Shown here: piece after piece, positions 21,650 through 25,956 of the stretch
How the letters are laid out: each line of letters begins with the position of its first letter
Numbering within the stretch: position 1 is the stretch's first letter
Source: Macrostomum lignano
Lineage: Eukaryota
DNA: 25,956 bases
Direction of reading: 5' to 3'
Assembly: GCA_002269645.1 (NCBI GenBank)
Contig: NIVC01002723.1
Coordinates: 1 to 25,956, forward strand
Position numbers and translations under genes: made by a program
Notes under the pieces: generated by a model
What the model was told of the DNA's origin: nothing
The model's input: only the letters and a program-made list of their open reading frames with translations
Database searches by the model: none

Positions 21650-23895
21650 TATGAATTGTCGGAGATATGAATTGTCGCAGATATGAACTGTCGGAGATAT
21701 GAATTGTCGGAGATATGAATTGTCGCAGATATGAATTGTCGCAGATATGAACTGTCGGAGATATGAATTGTCGTAGATATGAAGTGTCGGAGATATGAAG
21801 TGTCGGAGATATGAAGTGTCGGAGATATGAAGTGTCGGAGATATGAATTGTCGTAGATATGAAGTGTCGGAGATATGAAGTGTCGGAGATTGAATTGTCG
21901 CAGATATAAAGTGTCGGAGAAATGAATTGTCGGAGATATGCAGTGTCGGAGATATGAAGTGTCGTAGATATAATTTTCGGAGATATGAAGTGTCGGAGAT
22001 ATGAAGTGTCGGAGATATGAAGTGACGGAGATATGAAGTGTCGGAGATATGAAGTGTCGGAGACATGAAGTGACGGAGATATGAAGTGTCGGAGATATGA
22101 ATTGTCGTAGATATGAAGTGTCGGAGATATGAAGTGTCGGAGATTGAATTGTCGCAGATATAAAGTGTCGGAGAAATGAATTGTCGGAGATATGCAGTGT
22201 CGGAGATATGAAGTGTCGTAGATATAAATTTTCGGAGATATGAAGTGTCGGAGATATGAAGTGTCGGAGATATGAAGTGTCGGAGATATGAAGTGACGGA
22301 GATATGAAGTGTCGGAGACATGAAGTGACGGAGATATGAAGTGTCGGAGATATGAATTGTCGTAGATATGAAGTGTCGTAGATATAAATTTTCGGAGATA
22401 TGAAGTGTCGGAGATATGAAGTGTCGGAGATATGAAGTGTCGGAGATATGAAGTGACGGAGATATGAAGTGTCGGAGACATGAAGTGACGGAGATATGAA
22501 GTGACGGAGATATGAAGTGTCGGAGATATGAATTGTCGTAGATATGAAGTGTCGGAGATAAATTGTCGGAGATATGCAGTGTCGGAGATATGAAGTGTCG
22601 GAGATATGAAGTGTCGGAGATATGCAGTGTCGGAGATATGAAGTGTCGGAGATATGCAGTGTCGGAGATATGGAAGTGTCGAAGATATGAAGTGTCGGAG
22701 ATATGAGTGTCGGAGATGTGACGTGTCGGAGATATAAAGTGTCGGAGAAATGAATTGTCGGAGATGTGACGTGTCGGAGATATAAAGTGTCGGAGAAATG
22801 AATTGTCGGAGATATGCAGTGTCGGAGACATGAAGTGACGGAGATATGAAGTGTCGGAGATATGCAGTGTCGGAGATATGAATTGTCGGAGATGTGACGT
22901 GTCGGAGATATAAAGTGTCGGAGAAATGAATTGTCGGAGATATGAAGTGTCGGAGATATGCAGTGTCGGAGATATGCAGTGTCGGAGATATGAAGTGTCG
23001 GAGATATGCAGTGTCGGAGATATGAAGTGTCGGAGATATGCAGTGTCGGAGATATAAATTGTCGGAGATATGAAGTGTCGGAGATTGAATTGTCGCAGGT
23101 ATAAAGTGTCGGAGATATGAAGTGTCGGAGATATGAAGTGTCGGAGATTGAATTGTCGGAGATTGAATTGTCGCAGATATAAAGTGTCGGAGATATGAAG
23201 TGTCGGAGATATGCAGTGTCGGAGATATGGAAGTGTCGAAGATATGAAGTGTCGGAGATATGAGTGTCGGAGATGTGACGTGTCGGAGATATAAAGTGTC
23301 GGAGAAATGAATTGTCGGAGATGTACGTGTCGGAGATATAAAGTGTCGGAGAAATGAATTGTCGGAGATATGCAGTGTCGGAGATATGAAGTGTCGGAGA
23401 TATGAAGTGTCGGAGATATGAAGTGTCGGAGATATGAAGTGTCGGAGATATGAAGTGTCGGAGATATGAAGTGTCGGAGATATGAAGTGTCGGAGATATG
23501 CAGTGTCGGAGATATAAATTGTCGGAGATATGAAGTGTCGGAGATTGAATTGTCGCAGATATAAAGTGTCGGAGATATGAAGTGTCGAGATATGAAGTGT
23601 CGGAGATATGAAGTGTCGGAGATTGAATTGTCGCAGATATAAAGTGTCGGAGAAATGAATTGTCGGAGATATGCAGTGTCGGAGATATGAAGTGTCGGAG
23701 ATATAAATTTTCGGAGATATGAAGTGTCGGAGATATGAAGTGTCGGAGATATGAAGTGTCGGAGATATGAAGTGTCGGAGATATGAAGTGTCGAAGATAT
23801 GCAGTGTCGGAGATATGAAGTTTCGGAGATATGAACTGTCGGAGATATGAATTGTCGGAGATATGCAGTGTTGGATTTATAAAGTGTCGGAGATA
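21650..23895. repeat. 16-bp minisatellite (GAAGTGTCGGAGATAT), about 140 units, filling S6K intron 21472-24034
   Basis: Direct reading of the tandem units. The 16-aa periodicity of the minus-strand ORFs equals three 16-bp units. Confidence 0.97.
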
Positions 23896-24000
23896 AAAGC
23901 CCCGCCGAATGGCACGAGAACCAGTCGTGCATAATATACAATGGTCCAAAGCTCATCTGCAAACAAACTAAACTCACTGACACTATATGTATCAAAATAA

Positions 24001-24810
<810 letters not shown>

Positions 24811-24951
24811 ATCTGTATTTGCTTGCATGTTCATTTAGATCTTATATATCCGGATTCTTGTGACTGTCTGTACAAATTGTACACTCACCTATTCATCACT
24901 TATTGATCGCTTATCTCCCTCCTCCCCCACTCTCGACTCGCCAACTTGCAG

Positions 24952-25098
24952 CTGCTAAAGAAAAGCGTCGTTAAAAGGTTGGGCTACGGTCCCAAAGACC
25001 AGCTGGCCGTGATGGACCACGCGTTTTTCTCGTGCACAGACTGGAACAAGGTGGCCAGCAGGCAGCTGGATGCTCCGTTTAAACCGAATTCGCTGTTG
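24952..25098 (+). CDS. RPS6KB1: S6 kinase exon with subdomain XI and the start of the AGC tail (147 nt, phase 0-0)
   Basis: TTGCAG|CTG gives LLKKSVVKRLGYGPKDQLAVMDHAFFSCTDWNKVASRQLDAPFKPNSLL. Donor TTG|GTAAGT. Confidence 0.92.
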
Positions 25099-25167
25099 GT
25101 AAGTTTATTGGTGTCTTTGGATTGCGATGCCGGTAACTTGTGCAGACTCTTACCTGATCTTTACCTA

Positions 25168-25356
25168 ACAGACAAGCAAGACAGACAGACAGACAGACAG
25201 ACAGGCAGTCAGACAGACAGACAGACACACAGGCAGACAGACCGACAGACAGCCAGACAGACAGACAGACAGACACTATGACAGACAGACGGACAGACAG
25301 ACACTATGACAGACCGACAGACAGACAGACCAACAGACAGACAGCCAGACAGACAC

Positions 25357-25395
<39 letters not shown>

Positions 25396-25402
25396 GGCAG
25401 AA

Positions 25403-25469
<67 letters not shown>

Positions 25470-25470
25470 A

Positions 25471-25503
<33 letters not shown>

Positions 25504-25660
25504 CTAAGACGGGCAGACAGACAGACAAACAGACAGACAGGCAGACAGACACTAAGACGGGCAGACAGACACTAAGACAGACAGACAGACAGACACTAAG
25601 ACAGACAGACAGACAGACAGACACTAAGACAGACAGACACTAAGACGGGCAGACAGACAC
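25168..25660. repeat. (GACA)n compound microsatellite in the S6K intron downstream of exon 24952-25098
   Basis: About 490 bp of GACA repeats with CACTATGA and CACTAAGA interruptions. Confidence 0.97.
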
Positions 25661-25956
25661 TAGCAGGGTATTTGGCAGGCACAGATTTCAAACAGACGAT
25701 ACAAAGGTAGTCTGAAATTTTTCGTTATCGTTTCATAAATAAAAACATTTTTTCTCATCTTCCTCAATAATTTTTCCTTGGCTAAGTACAAAAATGATTT
25801 TCCTTATTTCTCATTTCATCGCAGCAGTTCTTCCTACGCTGGAATTCATTGCAATTGTGAATATCCTGACAATTCCTGACTAAATGCTATACCTGTTGCT
25901 GCTTATCCATCATTTTGATTAGGCTGTTCATTTTGAGTAATTTTCTCTTTTTCATG

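Noticed and set aside
25821-25863. Possible next S6K exon after the TTTCATCGCAGCAG acceptor
   Set aside because: The phase-0 reading QFFLRWNSLQL-stop has no similarity to the AGC turn or hydrophobic motif tail. The true next exon is probably beyond the window.

Overview
Eukaryotic, probably invertebrate animal, genomic DNA with an AT-rich, CpG-poor background. Two intron-containing housekeeping genes point away from each other. A cytosolic-type valyl-tRNA synthetase lies on the minus strand (three coding exons from the ATG at 2737; the gene runs off the left edge). A p70 S6 kinase lies on the plus strand (four clear exons at 20722-25098, a candidate first exon at 15453-15590, and no recognisable C-terminal tail in the window). 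Between them is a 4572-bp Tip100-like hAT transposon (4849-9420) with TIRs, a perfect 8-bp TSD and a broken, intron-containing transposase. The window also has three smaller 8-bp-TSD elements (one only 37 bp), an older TA-flanked foldback element, a LINE remnant, tRNA-like SINE heads and many minisatellite arrays, several filling host introns. The most notable observations are: inverted (TGTC)n/(GACA)n tracts bracketing one symmetric S6K exon; the 37-bp all-TIR element with a TSD; 12 copies of the palindrome TAGGCCTA; and five single-base homopolymer frameshifts suggesting the sequence is under-polished. All calls were made by eye. No database search was run.
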